Source: Diadema antillarum (lineage: Eukaryota). From it: DNA of 64,000 nucleotides. The notes beneath the pieces were generated by a model. That model was not told where the DNA came from, did not search any database, and saw only the letters and a list, made by a program, of their open reading frames with translations. The position numbers and the translations under genes are program-made. Position 1 is the first letter of the stretch. Each line of letters opens with the position of its first letter. This document shows positions 23,668 to 37,200 of this stretch, piece by piece. The stretch spans positions 248,001 through 312,000 of the forward strand of contig NW_027270937.1 in NCBI RefSeq assembly GCF_040938485.1. Direction: 5' to 3'.

Positions 23668-25254
23668 AGAGCAGTCGCTCATATCGGACGTAATGCAAGT
23701 ATAACAAACAATGTCTTTCGTTATGTACAACAATGTAAGTGTAGATAGTGAATTTTCCATTTATCCAAGTTACCTACGATTCAAGGTGATAAATCATAAT
23801 ACAAATTCTACATAATGCATAATTATTTCGATTACACATAAATAAGTCAAGGGCCGGACACTCACTTTGTTCTTTATCTGGTGGCCCGTTTAGAGCCTCA
23901 AATCTTAGAATTTGAGATTTCTGTGGCCCTAAAAAGAAAAGTGGGTACTGGCCCGAAATTAAAGTAAATACAACGTATAACCACTTATTTTCCCGATCGG
24001 GCCACCAAAAGAAAGCCTTTTGGATATTTTGTGGCCCGACATGAATTTTTAAGTGGCCATCGGGCCCCGCTAATGTCGAGCCCTGGTGTATCCATGCAGA
24101 TATCGTTCTGAACCTGAGGAAAAATAACAGTGCTATGTAAAGCACAACCGATACCTGTAGACCCTATACTTCGCTCGTGCGGTCGCTCTCAGACAATAAT
24201 CGCTACATGTCCGCGTCCAATCACCTCAGAAAGACCCTACTAAATAACGTGTTTCGATACATCAAATTCACACCTCTAAAAATGGTGTCACACAATAAGT
24301 AAAACATACCCTAATTGGCGTCACGAGGGGCTTCCGAAAACCCAAATGGCGTAAGAGTATTTCCTTGTGGTACCAAGTATGATGCCCTAAATGGCTTTTA
24401 TTACCCTGGTAGACTAGCAACAAAGTTTCATAAAACATGCCCGCAATGAAGAATAAGAGTGAAAAAAAGAATGTCAGATCTAATTTAAGGCCTATTCGAT
24501 CAACAAATCGAATACGTAGTGGTGAATGTCGACATCCTATTTTGCGAAATGAGACGACTGAATGGCGAAAGAAAAAAAAGACAAACCCTCTTTCAGGACA
24601 CTCGTCGACCACTCCACGTGTCTTAAAACAGACCCTTTTTGAGGCCTTTTTGATTTCTTCTTTTTACTCGGATACGTAGCAAATCATATCCAGTCTCTCT
24701 TCAAAATGTTTTGTTTTCATTTTTTCTGCTTCGTATTTCTCTATTTTTGTTTGTCCTTTGTTACTCATAATCTGTACATATCTATATACAAAGGGCTAAG
24801 ATCTCGGGATTATTGATCACCAGACACGTTTGCAATCCTCGAAAAAAAAAAAGAGAGAAATATTTTCACACAACAAACAAAGTTTATATCGTTTGGAGAG
24901 ATCATATCTAAAACAAAACAAAAAAGGCAATTTTCATATTTGAATAAAGACAATGTGAATAACAGGAACTCGGCGCTATATCCTCGATGGAAACTTTGAC
25001 CTCCCTCATATTTCCGCAACGCAAACCCACGGGAGCCTATTGTGAGAACGCGGCTTTCGGTCCACTTTCTTTTTCCGTGTGAGAGTTCTCCCAGCCTGGA
25101 CGTTGTTGGCGCTTTTTTAAGTTGCCCTAGTCACATTCTGGAGTCACTGGCTAGTGGTCTTGGCGATTTTCATTACGACCTACGGGGGAAAAATGAGGAT
25201 GTGGACCATTGCAGCTCATGTCTTGATATACGGCAGGCCTCATTGGAGCTTTAT

Positions 25255-25509
25255 AACAATAATAATAATAATAATAATAATAAGGTCTTATTTACCCAGG
25301 GTAGCCTCTTCAGTGTTGCCACTGCTCTACCAGAGGGCCCTGCTATTATTATTACCCTAGCGTCGCCAGGTACCCATTTATACTCCTGGGTCGAGAGGGA
25401 CATTGTGGGTAAAAATATCTTGTCCAAGGATGTAAGCACTGGGCGGGATTCGAACTCACGGTCCTCCGTTCGGGAGTCGGAAGTCTTATCCACTATGCCA
25501 CAGCGCCCC
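25255..25509 (-). mobile_element. tRNA-derived SINE with (TTA)n tail
   Basis: Minus strand has A box TGGCATAGTGG, B box GAGTTCGAATCCC, central ACCCAGGAGTATAAATGGGTACC core and a TTA repeat tail. Confidence 0.8.
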
Positions 25510-28154
25510 CACAAGCTTTCTTGACTTTCTGCAGACATCACAAAAGAGATTTACCATACATGAAAAATAAGGGAAGAGACGTGACTTTCAATTACGATGC
25601 CATAATTCATCCTCCATTTTTTTCCTGATCAATTATTCGTTTGTATATTTTGTATTATGACTTGTAATTCTTTTAAACGTTGTTCAACAATATGAATCAA
25701 AATGTCAACAAACTGATCATACTTAGCATCAAATTCATGTATTACCTTTTTGCTAGATGGAAAAAATTGAATGGAACTGAATCGGTTTCAATTGAATGGA
25801 ATTGAATTGAATATAATTGAATTGAATCATCATTATGTGGCGATTTTCAAGAAAAGTGGTGAAATCTTTCGCAATCTGAAATTGTATCTCATCCAGACCT
25901 CTCCGGATGACATCCATTTTTTAAAGATGAATGAGAAATAATGGAGAGGGAGACATTTTGAAAGTGCGGACGGACGGCATGCAGTTGCCATCGATGACAT
26001 ACGCCCACGAGGTTTCCGGCCGGATAAGACGAAAGTGAAACTTCAGAGTTGTATATTTCTACAGCTCCGTCAGCACCACCCATGAATTATAACACAGCTC
26101 TGTTATATACATTAAAAAAAAACCTTGAATCTTTCATGTTCATAAAAGTGGACTTGCTTTAGTATGTGAAATCCGCGGTACTGGAATTGGGTTTCGTATA
26201 TTCCGGTAAAAACTTTGCATAAACTTTCGATGGGAAGTAAACGATTATCATGTCTCCACAAAATAGTGAAATCGAGATGAATAATATGGAAGATTAGACA
26301 AAGATTCTATCGTTCGCCCATTAGCGCAAACAATCGAGCGAAACCAAGAAATGCTCGAGATGAAGTATTGTGGAATTATTTGACAAGCCACGCAATGCAT
26401 GTTATGCATGCGCCTCGTTATTTCCTTGAACCCTATTAGTTAGAGCGGATGGCATAGTGTGTTTTTGTTTCGTGGTTAACGGCAGACACTATCGATAGAG
26501 ATCTGGTAGTAAGTATAGCATAAATGTTTATTCTATTTTTTGCTAAGTGTATGTCACATCCAGGACTGTTTTTCAGTCTTCTCCTGGTGCTCATACTTGA
26601 AGAAATAACAGTCTCCTGTTGCATCGAATTAATTGGTTTATCGGCAAGCATTAAGGTAAGGCTACAAGAACATTTCCATACTATTGATGCTGCTGCTTAA
26701 CGTTGTAATCCTACGCATCGTTATTTCGTTCGCATTTTGATGAACTATAGTATTCGTGCCTTTTCGAATTCACTCTCGTCAGTAAACGTGAATGGTCAAA
26801 TCATTTTGGTGGAAGCCAGTCTAGGTTCACCTTAATACGCTCGGCTTATATCAATTTTATTTCATGTAACGAACTCACTTCAATTCATTCGCAAAGGAAA
26901 CCCCTCTAGAGATAAGTATGTGGTTTCTGATGCAACGAAATACCTAGCTTCACGAGAAATTCCGCGGTAGTCGAAACCTGTTTATTAGTACTTATTTTGT
27001 TTCGTATATCTGTTAGTGTAGGAGGTGAAATATGACAGCAAGCCCGTGCACGAAAGGTCGATTGCTCCTAAAAGTGGGCTTCCATTTGTCTTGACCATTA
27101 CCACGGCGGATGTGGGCACGAATGAATCTGACCTTTCAGCGAAATGCCCATCGGAGGCGGGCAGTTAGTGCTCTTTCCTACACACAAAAAGGAGGACATT
27201 ATCTTTTGCATGTCTTCGCCCACTTTCCACCCAAATGTATGCGTGGTATAGTATACGTAATATATCAATGTATATACAAATTATCACTTATCATTTATCA
27301 TTTATTTGCATGTTTGTTTCAACAAGGAGGTCAAACTAAAAAAAAGTCGGAGGAAATGTGTCAATGGTCAAAAGGTGAAAGATAAAACTTTAGAGAGAAA
27401 AAAAAGTTAATGTAAAATTCGCCGTCAGCATATTAAAAAGTCATACTTAAACTACCACCTGATGTTTAGCATAATAGGAATTGATTGTTTTTTTACCAAT
27501 GAGGTAAGAGCTACTAAAATTTACATATTTTCTTTAGATAGTTTTTCCTCTTACATTTACCATGAGATGTATACACTGCATCCGACTAGAAACGCGTCCA
27601 TATCGAATATGCCCACCTGAACCGTATAAGTAAGAAAAGAAAAAATGTGGAAGTTTATGAATTTCGTGACATTATCTTCATGAACATATTTGATGTAATA
27701 TATGTAAAGACATTACTAGGCAGAAAAATTCTTCTTTTTCCTCTTAATATGTTATACATTTTTTGTCACATCTATGTTCACGAATTCGGTACTTCATGAA
27801 ATACGCAGCGCAACGTACCGTATAAACCAAATATGCGCGTTATAGCTCCATATTTGGGTCGATGGTCCACTCTTTGCCGAGTTAGTGTAGTCACGAGTAT
27901 TGCCGAGCTTATTACGAGTGTCACCGCGTGAGTAACTTTTGAAAACTTGGGAATTTTACTTGTGACAGCATATTTCGTTGAGAACAGAGAGTATACAAGT
28001 GTGACTATAGTGGCGGCCTCAAGCCTCGCGTGCTCACCGGTTTTTCTCCGGCTACACCAGATCAAAATCGCCTCCAGTCTATAGGAGTAGATTGTACAAA
28101 TAAATGCTTCATGCACGCTATAATGTGTTCTTCCTCGACGTTTTATTAGTTTAA

Positions 28155-28309
28155 AGGCCATCGCACACTGTACGACTTTCGGTCGCACGACTGACCCACT
28201 TTGGCTCTGAAAGAAATGAGTGTTTATTCTGAGGCTATTCTGATATAATTATTTCGGATCCAAAATCGGTCAGTCGTGCGACCAAAAGTCGTATAGTGTG
28301 CGGTGGCCG
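28155..28309. mobile_element. PIF/Harbinger MITE (155 bp)
   Basis: TAA|AGGCCATCGCACACT...AGTGTGCGGTGGCCG|TAA. Confidence 0.75.
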
Positions 28310-28869
28310 TAAGATGCATGAAAAGAGGAAACCCAAATCTATACGGTACGACAAAATGTTGACGTAATCACCAAAGTTGGTATATCTAACGACCATTTAA
28401 TTCGGTAGTACAGCTGGGTGACTTTTGTGGGTCAGGAGGGGTGCACTAAGAGGGTGACTGCTTACAGGCAGAGATGTTTAACGTAGCCCCCCCCCCCCCT
28501 CCCCCGAAAAAAAAAAAAATCTATAGGCCCTATATGTAACGTCTTGCACTTACAGCTTTAAAAATTTTGCCCTGTGGTTTTCTAAATCCTGGTACTTTTC
28601 TCTCTTTTTTTTTTGGGGGGGGGGGTATACAATCATGGTAAGACAGCGTATTGCGGTCAGCTAGTTGAGCAAGTAACCCTTTCAGATCTGCCACTCAAAA
28701 ACGCCACTAACGACAAACAAGCACATAATACACACACACACACGCACACACACATACACACACACACACACAACACGCGCAATGTCTCTTTGTGAACACA
28801 TCATACGCAATACGATACGACCCAGAGCTGCCTGCGTAATGAATATTCGTGAGGTAATCTCTCTCTTAT

Positions 28870-29288
28870 TAACGGAAAAAAGAGGCGCGTCCCGGAATGT
28901 CTAGTAGCAGTCTTGTGCTTCTCGAATGGCACGCTGTGCATAGTTGATATCGTTTGCTGACTATTGCTAGTCACCTGGGCCGAACCACGAGGGGTCGGCA
29001 TCATGCTCCCGTTTTTCTTGTGTGTGGGTAGGTATACGAGGTGGACCACTTCACTGGGTACAGCACCCTGCTCTTTGCTATGAATTAATGAAGTGGGTTC
29101 CTTTTCTTATGTGAGTTGTGAATAACACAGATACGGGACCTCCATTTCATGTCCTATCCAGGGACAGAGCGTTTTGCCTCTTACTAGAAGGCGACGTGGT
29201 ATAATCACTCACAACATTGCTCAGTTCGACTCGGGGAATCGAACCAAGGTCCTTTCTGGAGGCAGACGCGCTAGCGACTGAGCCAAAT
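28870..29288 (-). mobile_element. Second tRNA-derived SINE family (3' boundary approximate)
   Basis: Minus strand has A box TGGCTCAGTCG and B box GGTTCGATTCCC, followed by a GGATAGGACATGAAATGGAGGTCCCGT core-like block. Confidence 0.55.
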
Positions 29289-29559
29289 CATCGTAGTAAT
29301 GCGAGACACTGACGCTATGCTAAGTTTTCATTTTGACACCTGGAGCCTGTGCTTGAACCTTTTTTTGTTTGTTTGTTTGTTTGTGTGTAATTCCCGCGTT
29401 GCTACTATGATTCCCTGTGGTCTTGGAAATCTTGAGCAAGAAAGCGAGTGCATAGGCTCCCGCGAAGGACGCGCACAAGGCGCAGCTCAGTGATGACGTC
29501 ACACTAACTTCACTGAGCCGGAACTGTTCTACCCCCCCCCCCTTTCGTACCGTCAATAA

Positions 29560-29587
29560 AGGGAGGGGGACGGCGCAAAAAAAAAAA

Positions 29588-29623
<36 letters not shown>

Positions 29624-29835
29624 CTAGTACCACTTCCGGGTTTAATCAGCACAAGAAAAACCAAACCAAACCAAACCAAACAAAGCAAAACCTTATGTCA
29701 CTACAACTGAAAATTAAAGGGGATGGGGCCCCCTTATTTTTTTCCCCCATTTTACATGTGTATTTCTTTTGTTTTAGAAAAAAGAAAATCAAGGGGCACA
29801 CGCGCCCGGTGCGCCCCTCCCCCCGATCCGTCATT
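29560..29835. mobile_element. Degenerate copy of the element at 33678-33929
   Basis: Shares TCTAGT(A/G)CCACTTCCGGGTTTAATCAG, AAAATTAAAGGGG and CCCCTCCCCCCGATCC. Confidence 0.55.
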
Positions 29836-29917
29836 TATTAATTTCTTTGAGAGAAGAAATTATTCATTTTTTGGTGGTTTTATCGTGTGATGCAAGTGAA
29901 CTGGTGGTTATGATTGC

Positions 29918-29952
<35 letters not shown>

Positions 29953-30233
29953 GTCTAGGTACTGGCAGTCACAGGTTAGATTCTATTGGTCTCTACAGTA
30001 TCTAAATATAAATTCTTTTCCGAATAATGTGTACAGTGTTCTTACAAGCTGTAATTTCAACCCGCGGAAATGAAATGATTTGATTGCGTGTAATATTTCA
30101 AGGTGTTTCATTACAGCGCACCGTGGTAATTACTAGAGAAGAATCAAGTTACGTGCTTAACGACAATCAGGAAGTCCGCCATAGGTTTCTTATTATTCTA
30201 TTTTTTTTCCTACTACAGTACAGAAACATGTAA

Positions 30234-31153
30234 AGCCCGCCGCACACTACACGATCCGACCGGTCGTACGACCTTAAGACTGGAAGTGTGACGTCACAGT
30301 CTTGCCAGTTTCCAGTCGTACGACTGGGTCTTAGTGCCAGTCGTAGAGATTTGACATGTTGAATTTCTACGACCGGTCGTAGGCTTTCAGCCATTCACAA
30401 TGCATTAAAATGCAAGCGCACGCTTTACAGTCGTAAGCCTACTCGTAAGGTTCGGTCGTATAGTGTGCGGTGTCCGGTCGTACGACTGGTCTTAAGACCC
30501 AGCTTGGCTTAAGACTTTAAGACCAGTCTGATCGTGTAGTGTGCGGTGGCCTTTAGCGCCAGTTGCAGAGATTTGACATGTTGAATCTCTACGACCGGTC
30601 GTGGGCTTTCAGCCAATCAAGATACAGTAAAATGCAAGCGCACACAATGCGCACTGCGTGCGCTTTAATACTCATTGGTAAGATGTACTGAAGACAGAAC
30701 AGTCGTACTAGTCGTAAGCCTACTCGTTAAGGCCACCGCACACTACACGATCAGACTGGTCTTGAAGTCTTGGGCCAAGCTGGGTCTTTAAGACCAGTCG
30801 TACGACCGGACACCGCACACTATACGACCCGATTGTAAAGCGCGCGCAGTGCGCACTGCGTGCGCTTGCATTTTACTGCATTGTGAATGGCTGAAAGCTC
30901 AGGACTGGTCGTAGAAATTCAACATGTCAAATCTCTACGACTGGCGCTAAGACCCAGTCGTACGACTAGGAAATGGCAAGACTGTGACGTCACACTTCTA
31001 GTCTTAAGGTCTTAAGACCGGTGAATCGGGGCAAAATCGTGTAGTGTGCGGCGGGCTTAAGGTCTGATAGTGTAGTGTGCGTTGGCAGGTCGTACAACTG
31101 GGTCTTATGGTCCTTGGTCGTATAGTCGCGAGTCGTGTAGTATGCGGCGGGCT
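30234..31153. mobile_element. Compound Harbinger MITE cluster forming an ~825-bp imperfect palindrome plus an extra half copy
   Basis: TAA|AGCCCGCCGCACACTACACGAT...ATCGTGTAGTGTGCGGCGGGCT|TAA (30234-31057). Each arm is itself a ~320-bp element ending GTGCGGTGGCCT, and a third end lies at 31153. Confidence 0.75.
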
Positions 31154-32351
31154 TTAGAAACGGTTTGCGGAAGTGGTTAATTTCTGAGAAAAAAACAAAC
31201 AAACAATACAAACGTAGACTTTTGATATCTTCCACAGTATCACCTTATTATACCTTGCTAATATTTTGGACTTCATGATGTATTAAATGAGATTACTGGT
31301 CACATACACAATACGGGAGTAGAAAGAAAAGAAAGAAAAGAAAAGTGTGTGGTTAATGTCAATTGGCATGTTCAGTTCAGTTCAGTTCAGTTCAAATTTA
31401 TTTTCATATTTCCACTTTCTCAATGAAATTTCAAAATGATTGACAGTAATCCAACAAGTAACCATACAAAATATTTGCTATCACAACTTTTGATTGAAGA
31501 TCAAAAAAATACGAAACACAAACGTATATGGTCACATCATGATATGAAGGTGCCACAAGGAAATAACAGATATATGATGGGGCCTACATAAAATCTATAA
31601 CGCTTGTAAAATTGTAGGGTCCCGAATTCATAGGCATGGAATTATACGGAGAACGGATATATTTATCTTGACCAACTAAAGTTATACCAGTACCAAAATC
31701 AATATAAAGAATGAACTAATAGAATATATGTTGATAAGAAAAAGAAGAATAGGTAGCCAAGATGAGACTCCTCGGAAAACTAAAAGCAAGATGATACAAA
31801 TTGGTAAGACACAGGATAGGAGACAGAGAGAGGGAGGAAAAGGGTTGAAATTTAAACGGCAGTAAGCATTCAAACTTCCGTGTTTTCTAAGCAAACCTAA
31901 AGTGGCTGAGAGACTCGTATCAAATGTACAATACTTAGTTTCATTCACTCGAACCACTTTTACAATTTGAATGAACGTCGGGGGAAAAAAGAAGTCCAGA
32001 TGTCAAGTATACTTGAGACAGGAGGGCAAGATTACTGGAAATAACTCGGTTAAATGGTTAATTAATTTCTTAGTGAATAGACCAGTGTAGGAAAGATGTA
32101 ATCATACGATGTGTACTAGTCTTTAGCTGCTTGCCCTTCTGTACATCCGGGGAATCGAGATCACATGATACTAATCACGTGACATAAACATACGATGCAG
32201 AAAGACCTTGCACTTCGACTTGTATCGGGAATTCCCGCGATAGTCCCTGACACAGTTTCCGCACAATGATGTGCGGAACAAATACATTTCGTTATTCAGG
32301 AGGGCGTATAAAATCCCATTGAAAGCGAAACTTTGTTCTGCACTCAGAGAC

Positions 32352-32729
32352 TTAAAGGAATGGCATAGTATTGGTGGAGATGAGGATAGGGCTTTTAACT
32401 TTTTTCGAGATACCAAGAAACAACTAATGAAATAGTACAGAGCATACCATTTGAAGAGAAATTCACAGTTGATGAAAATCGGTTTTGGAATGGCTGAGAC
32501 ATACAATAACAAAGTAAAACAAAGCGCACGGGTCCCACATTTTATTAGGTTCGCTCTGTGTTTTTTTTTTATATCTCAGCCATTTCAAAACCAGTTTTCC
32601 TCAAATAAATGATGAATTCCTCTTGAAATAACATGCTCTTTCATATTTCATAAAAGGTTTCTCATTATCTTACCAAAAATGTTAGAAACCTGAAGTTAGG
32701 TATCAACCAAAACTGCACGATCCCTTTAA
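32352..32729. mobile_element. Kolobok/T2-type MITE family 1, copy 4
   Basis: TTAA|AGGAATGGCATAG...CTGCACGATCCCT|TTAA. Confidence 0.8.
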
Positions 32730-33204
32730 GGCAACAAAATTACAAATCAAGTCGAACACACAGAACAGTGAGATTTCTCTGAAATTGAACAAAAGTGGTT
32801 TGCACTTTCCCCCCCCCCCCCCCTAGTTTCACCTCTTTTTAACCCGCGAGTTAGAGTATATGATCCCGACAGCATCGGTGACAATGACATATAATAGGCA
32901 AACGTACAACATACAACGTACAACACTTCAACGATGCTGCGCAGAATGACTATTTTACTTCATCCACTAGCCTAATAGGTTTCTCTTGTTTAGCAGACGA
33001 ACAGAGACTAACAAAGTTTTGTTGTTCTAAAAACTTTTTCTGTTTGCCTTTCACATTGGAAAATATATTTTGCTTTTATTTCGTTAGATCGTGATCTGCG
33101 GGAGTCCTTCAAATGGCTACTATTATCAGATCTACCGAAAACCAATCCCATGCTATCTTCCACTGATAATGCACAAAATTAGATCTTCACATCACAAATT
33201 CAAA

Positions 33205-33390
33205 AGTTGTGATAGTATCAAGGCAATAACGTCCCGAGAGGAATTACCCTCGGCTAATACTGGTTAGTGATAAGGTAAGAGTAAAGATTAGGGTAAGGGT
33301 TAGGACTAGGTTCTGGATTATGATTAGGGTTAGGATCAGGGGAAGGATCGGGGGTAATTTCTCAGGGTATAATTGCCCTAGACCGGCTGT
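33205..33390. repeat. Small imperfect-TIR element containing degenerate TTAGGG-like repeats
   Basis: GATTAGGGTAAGGGTTAGGACTAGG...GATTAGGGTTAGG core between GAGGAATTACCC and GGGGTAATTTCTC. Confidence 0.4.
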
Positions 33391-33677
33391 GATATCAAAG
33401 TATCTACCATAGATTTTATCTTTATCACATTCTCTCTCTCTCTCTTTCTCTCTCTCTCATTTTAATTCAAAGTTTTTTTATTTGTTTGTTTGTTTGTTTG
33501 TTTGACAGTTAACTTAATAATCCAAATGGTGTACATTCATTTAATTCATTCTTTTTATGTTTTATTATGCAACTAAAAATGCCGCTGCTTTTTAGAGTTG
33601 CACCAGCTCACAACAGCAAGACAGGCGTTACCTGATACTGTTCCTCACGTTTCAACCGCATACGTACACTGTAAGGG

Positions 33678-33929
33678 CAGGGGCGGATCCAGGAATTCTG
33701 TAAAGGGGGGGGGGGCAAAAAAAATCTAGTGCCACTTCCGGGTTTAATCAGTTGGCCAGCAAAAAAGAAAAGAAAAGGCTCCCGTCCAATTGTTTTTTGT
33801 TCAATTTTCTAGTTCCAGTACAATCGAAAATTAAAGGGGCGCACGCCATTTTTTCGTTCTATTTCTTTTATTTTCCGAAAAATTAAAGGGAGGCGGGCTT
33901 GGTGCACCCCTCCCCCCGATCCACCACTT
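33678..33929. mobile_element. 252-bp CAGGGGCGGATC-ended element with 5-bp TSD
   Basis: AAGGG|CAGGGGCGGATC...GATCCACCACTT|AAGGG (9/12 inverted match). Confidence 0.6.
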
Positions 33930-34214
33930 AAGGGGTCAGATCCCATAGGTAAAAATGCAAGAGGTAACGTTTAAGACGCATGAAGAATAATGTAAGAGGA
34001 GAAGAAATAGAAGCCATTTCAGTGGTAAAAAGTCAGAAAAATAAAAACGAAAATGTCTGAGGTAAGAATGTAACAGGTGGAAGTGAGGAGACCAAAACGG
34101 CCACTATCATGTGTACCATTTACTTCTCGATATACCTTTTGCATTTCTACCTTCCGAATAAACTGAACTGACATTTTAACCGCTCAAGATTTCAAAAATT
34201 TAGGTGGCTATTTG

Positions 34215-34816
34215 GGGTCATCCCACAAGACCGACACTCACGAGTCAGACAGCCCACGAGTTCGACATTGAAAACAGGTCCATGAGTCATACAGCTTACG
34301 AATCATACAGCCCATGAGTTCGACACTAGGCTATTGGCCCGAATTCACGAAGGTGGTACAATGAAACCATGGTTTAAAACATGGACAAAAACCATGGATC
34401 GCCAAGTGTTGCATGGTATATTCCGTTACGAAATCAGTCATTTCGTCGATGAAAAGATTATTTTGTAACGAAATGACAACATTTTGTAACTAAATGAACA
34501 TTTCGTCCATGAAATGATAATTTCGTTAACGAAACTGTCATTTTGTCGACGAAATGACCAATTTCGTAACGAAATATTCCGTGGGACACTTGGCGCTCCA
34601 TGGTATTTGTCCATGGTTTAAACCATGGTTTCATTTGTACCACCTTCGTGAATTCGGGCCAGAGTGGCGGTCTCGTGGGGCTTGTTAGCTTAGTGTTGAA
34701 CGCATTGGCTATTTTATGGCTCGCGTGAGTTGTATAACGCATGGGCTGTATGACTCGTGAGCTGTATGACTCGTGGGCTGTATGACTCGTGGGTGTCGGT
34801 CTCGTGATGTGCACCC
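34215..34816. mobile_element. MULE-like MITE, copy 3, with a nested palindromic MITE at 34335-34661
   Basis: GGGTCATCCCAC...GTGCACCC termini and degenerate 9-bp TSD GGCTATTTG/AGTCATTTG. The nested element has TIRs TGGCCCGAATTCACGAAGGTGGTACAA. Confidence 0.7.
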
Positions 34817-35807
34817 AGTCATTTGGGTGGCCATCTTGATCATCTCAAAATGATCAAGGATGCAAGGATTGCATCAAACAGATTCGGATTCAGCATCCTC
34901 GAAATGGGGTAAAACCATCAAATTGTTTTCAATCTATTTATCATTTTTTTCAAGGATATACCAACACCCTTTTTTTTTTGGGGGGGGGGTGGTCATCTGG
35001 CATATCTCAAACCCCTCAGGAAGGCAAAAGAGTTAATACCTCATTCAGATTCAGATTCAGATTCAGAACCCTAGAAATAGATGAAAACCATCAAATTTGT
35101 TCAATTTGTTATTTATCATTCATTTATTCATTATTCATATACTAGGAAATTATAAGAAACTTCATATCTAACCCTTAAGTATCCCTATTATGTTAATGAT
35201 TATGTTATATGGGGAGGGCTGTGGGTGGGGGAGGGTTTATTGGCGATCGGGATGGGAGGGGGTTACATTTTTCACAAGTTTTTTGTAATGTTGTTTTAGT
35301 TGATTTACTGATGTATCAATACTTTGTTGTATGATATGATTATGTGATAGGTAAGTGTGTGTATAAGTAGTTTCACTGTATACGGAGCTTTAATTAATGT
35401 GATTATTCATGTGAAGTTGGACCCCTCGGAAGACCAGCACGACCATGAAGGCAGAGCTGAGAAGGGCAATCCATCTGTTTATCTTCAGTTACATATTCCA
35501 GTCTTATTGTATTATTGTTACTTTGTGATTTTTTTTTTGAATAAATAAACAAACAAACAAACAAGACTTCAATAAAGTATATCATTCAGATTCGGACTGT
35601 GCACCCTCAAAACAGGGAAAACCATCAAGAACAAAACAAAACTGGACCGTCTGTAAAAGGTAAAGTCTCTGGTACACAAACTAAAACGGTTTGAAATCTT
35701 CCTGCTTGCACTCTAAAGTACAATACAACAGGCTTAACATCATTGCACAGAGAGTAAGAAAAGTAAGAAAAAGTGTCGGCTACATGCATGCACCTTCCCC
35801 CTTAAAA

Positions 35808-36338
35808 CACTGCAAAAAGTCCGGTGTTAAATATGAAACACCGAGCTGGTGTTAAATTTCCTGTGCTCATTTATGGTGTTAGATTTAAACCTCTGGGTGT
35901 CATTTCAAATTTTTTTTTTTTTGAAGAGTTTCTTAGTTACTACCCTTCTTGTTGATTTTGAACTTCAACAAGACGATCAAGAATTTCCCGATAAAGTACT
36001 TGATTTTTGAAAAAAAAAATGTGTAAACACATTTACACCACAGTAACACCAGTTGGTGTGATCTCCTATTGAAGCTGGACGGGTGTTATACCATTGACAT
36101 TAACACCAGCAATATCAAATCAACACCATGCGGTGTCATTATTGAATCAACACCAGTGCAGTGTCTAAAATATCACCAGCTACAGTGTCAAATTAACACC
36201 ATGAAGTGCCAGGTGAACATTTTTCAACACCACCACAACATGCTTTCTACATCTGTGGGTGTGGTCCTCTATTGACACTTGATCGGTGTCAGATTTAACA
36301 CCCGTGGTGTTAAATCTAACACCGATGTTTTTGCAGTG
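35808..36338. mobile_element. CACTA/EnSpm-type element, copy 2 (inverted relative to 12237-12767)
   Basis: AA|CACTGCAAAAA...TTTTTGCAGTG|AA; internal sequence is the reverse complement of copy 1. Confidence 0.8.
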
Positions 36339-36879
36339 AATGGATACCTTAAAATGGTTGGCGCACTATAAATCAAAACCTGTTATTTCTAGAGAGATCT
36401 GCAAGCATGATGTAAATGATGATGTGTGATGCATCGGAACAATCGATTGATGAATTCTTCCTTACAGCTTTATAAGTAGTGCTGACAAGTTTTAAACTAC
36501 AATCCGTCTTCTTGCATATCATTTTCTTGAGCTTTCTGTTCTCAAACCGGTCATGCCGGCGACGGAACCTGAGGGCTTAGGTCAGTAAAATGCCGTTTCT
36601 GCAATTTATTACAGTTCATGGATATTTCTTTTCTTGCAGCCTAGAAACGAAGCATTTCATTCACCTGCTCCCTCCAGGAACTTCACTTAGTTGTTGCCAA
36701 ACAGGGCAAGCCTCCGGCAAGCTTTGTGGTAGTAAGGGGCAACTTTTTTTTTCTTTTTGAGCGAAGCATGTAGATAATCTGAATACATTACTGAACCGGT
36801 CTACTAGGGGGATACGGCTAACGGGATTTGGCCAACACGAAAAGGTTAACAATTTTGTTTGTTTGTTTGTTTTTTTTTT

Positions 36880-37200
36880 TGTTCGAGCCCACCGGAGGTG
36901 AGGGGAGACTAAGGGACCTTCTGCGGCGTCTGTCCGTCCGTCGTCCGTCTTCCGTCCGTAACGCTACAAAACTTGAATAACTCTCTACTGAGGACCTTTA
37001 TTTCAATCAAATTTGGAAGGAAGAGCGGTTATGCAAAGTCACTCATTTTACACATTTTGGCACTTGCCTTATTTTTAGTAAAAATACATCTCAGAAAAGA
37101 ACACAATCCTGTAATTGTATCGCTCTTTTTAGGAAAGGCGGCTTTATCGGAACGGCGAAACTTCTACAGCTATTTCGACTTCAACTTAATCGCGTGATGC
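36880..37200. mobile_element. Possible Helentron-associated (HINE/DINE-1-like) interspersed element
   Basis: CGTCTGTCCGTCCGTCGTCCGTCTTCCGTCCGT microsatellite after a T-run, followed by an ATCAAATTTGG block; family assignment by pattern only. Confidence 0.35.

Noticed and set aside
25042-25541. 160-aa + ORF and 96-aa - ORF; possible tRNA gene
   Set aside because: They span a SINE and its (TTA)n tail. The tRNA-like head has A/B boxes but continues into SINE body and has no complete cloverleaf.
30234-31153. Regularly recurring short repeats resembling a CRISPR array (also 14100-14380 and 8275-9870)
   Set aside because: Eukaryotic context, no unique spacers, no cas genes; explained by MITE subrepeats and satellite.
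33280-33350. Interstitial telomere
   Set aside because: Only a few degenerate TTAGGG-like units inside a small TIR-like element.
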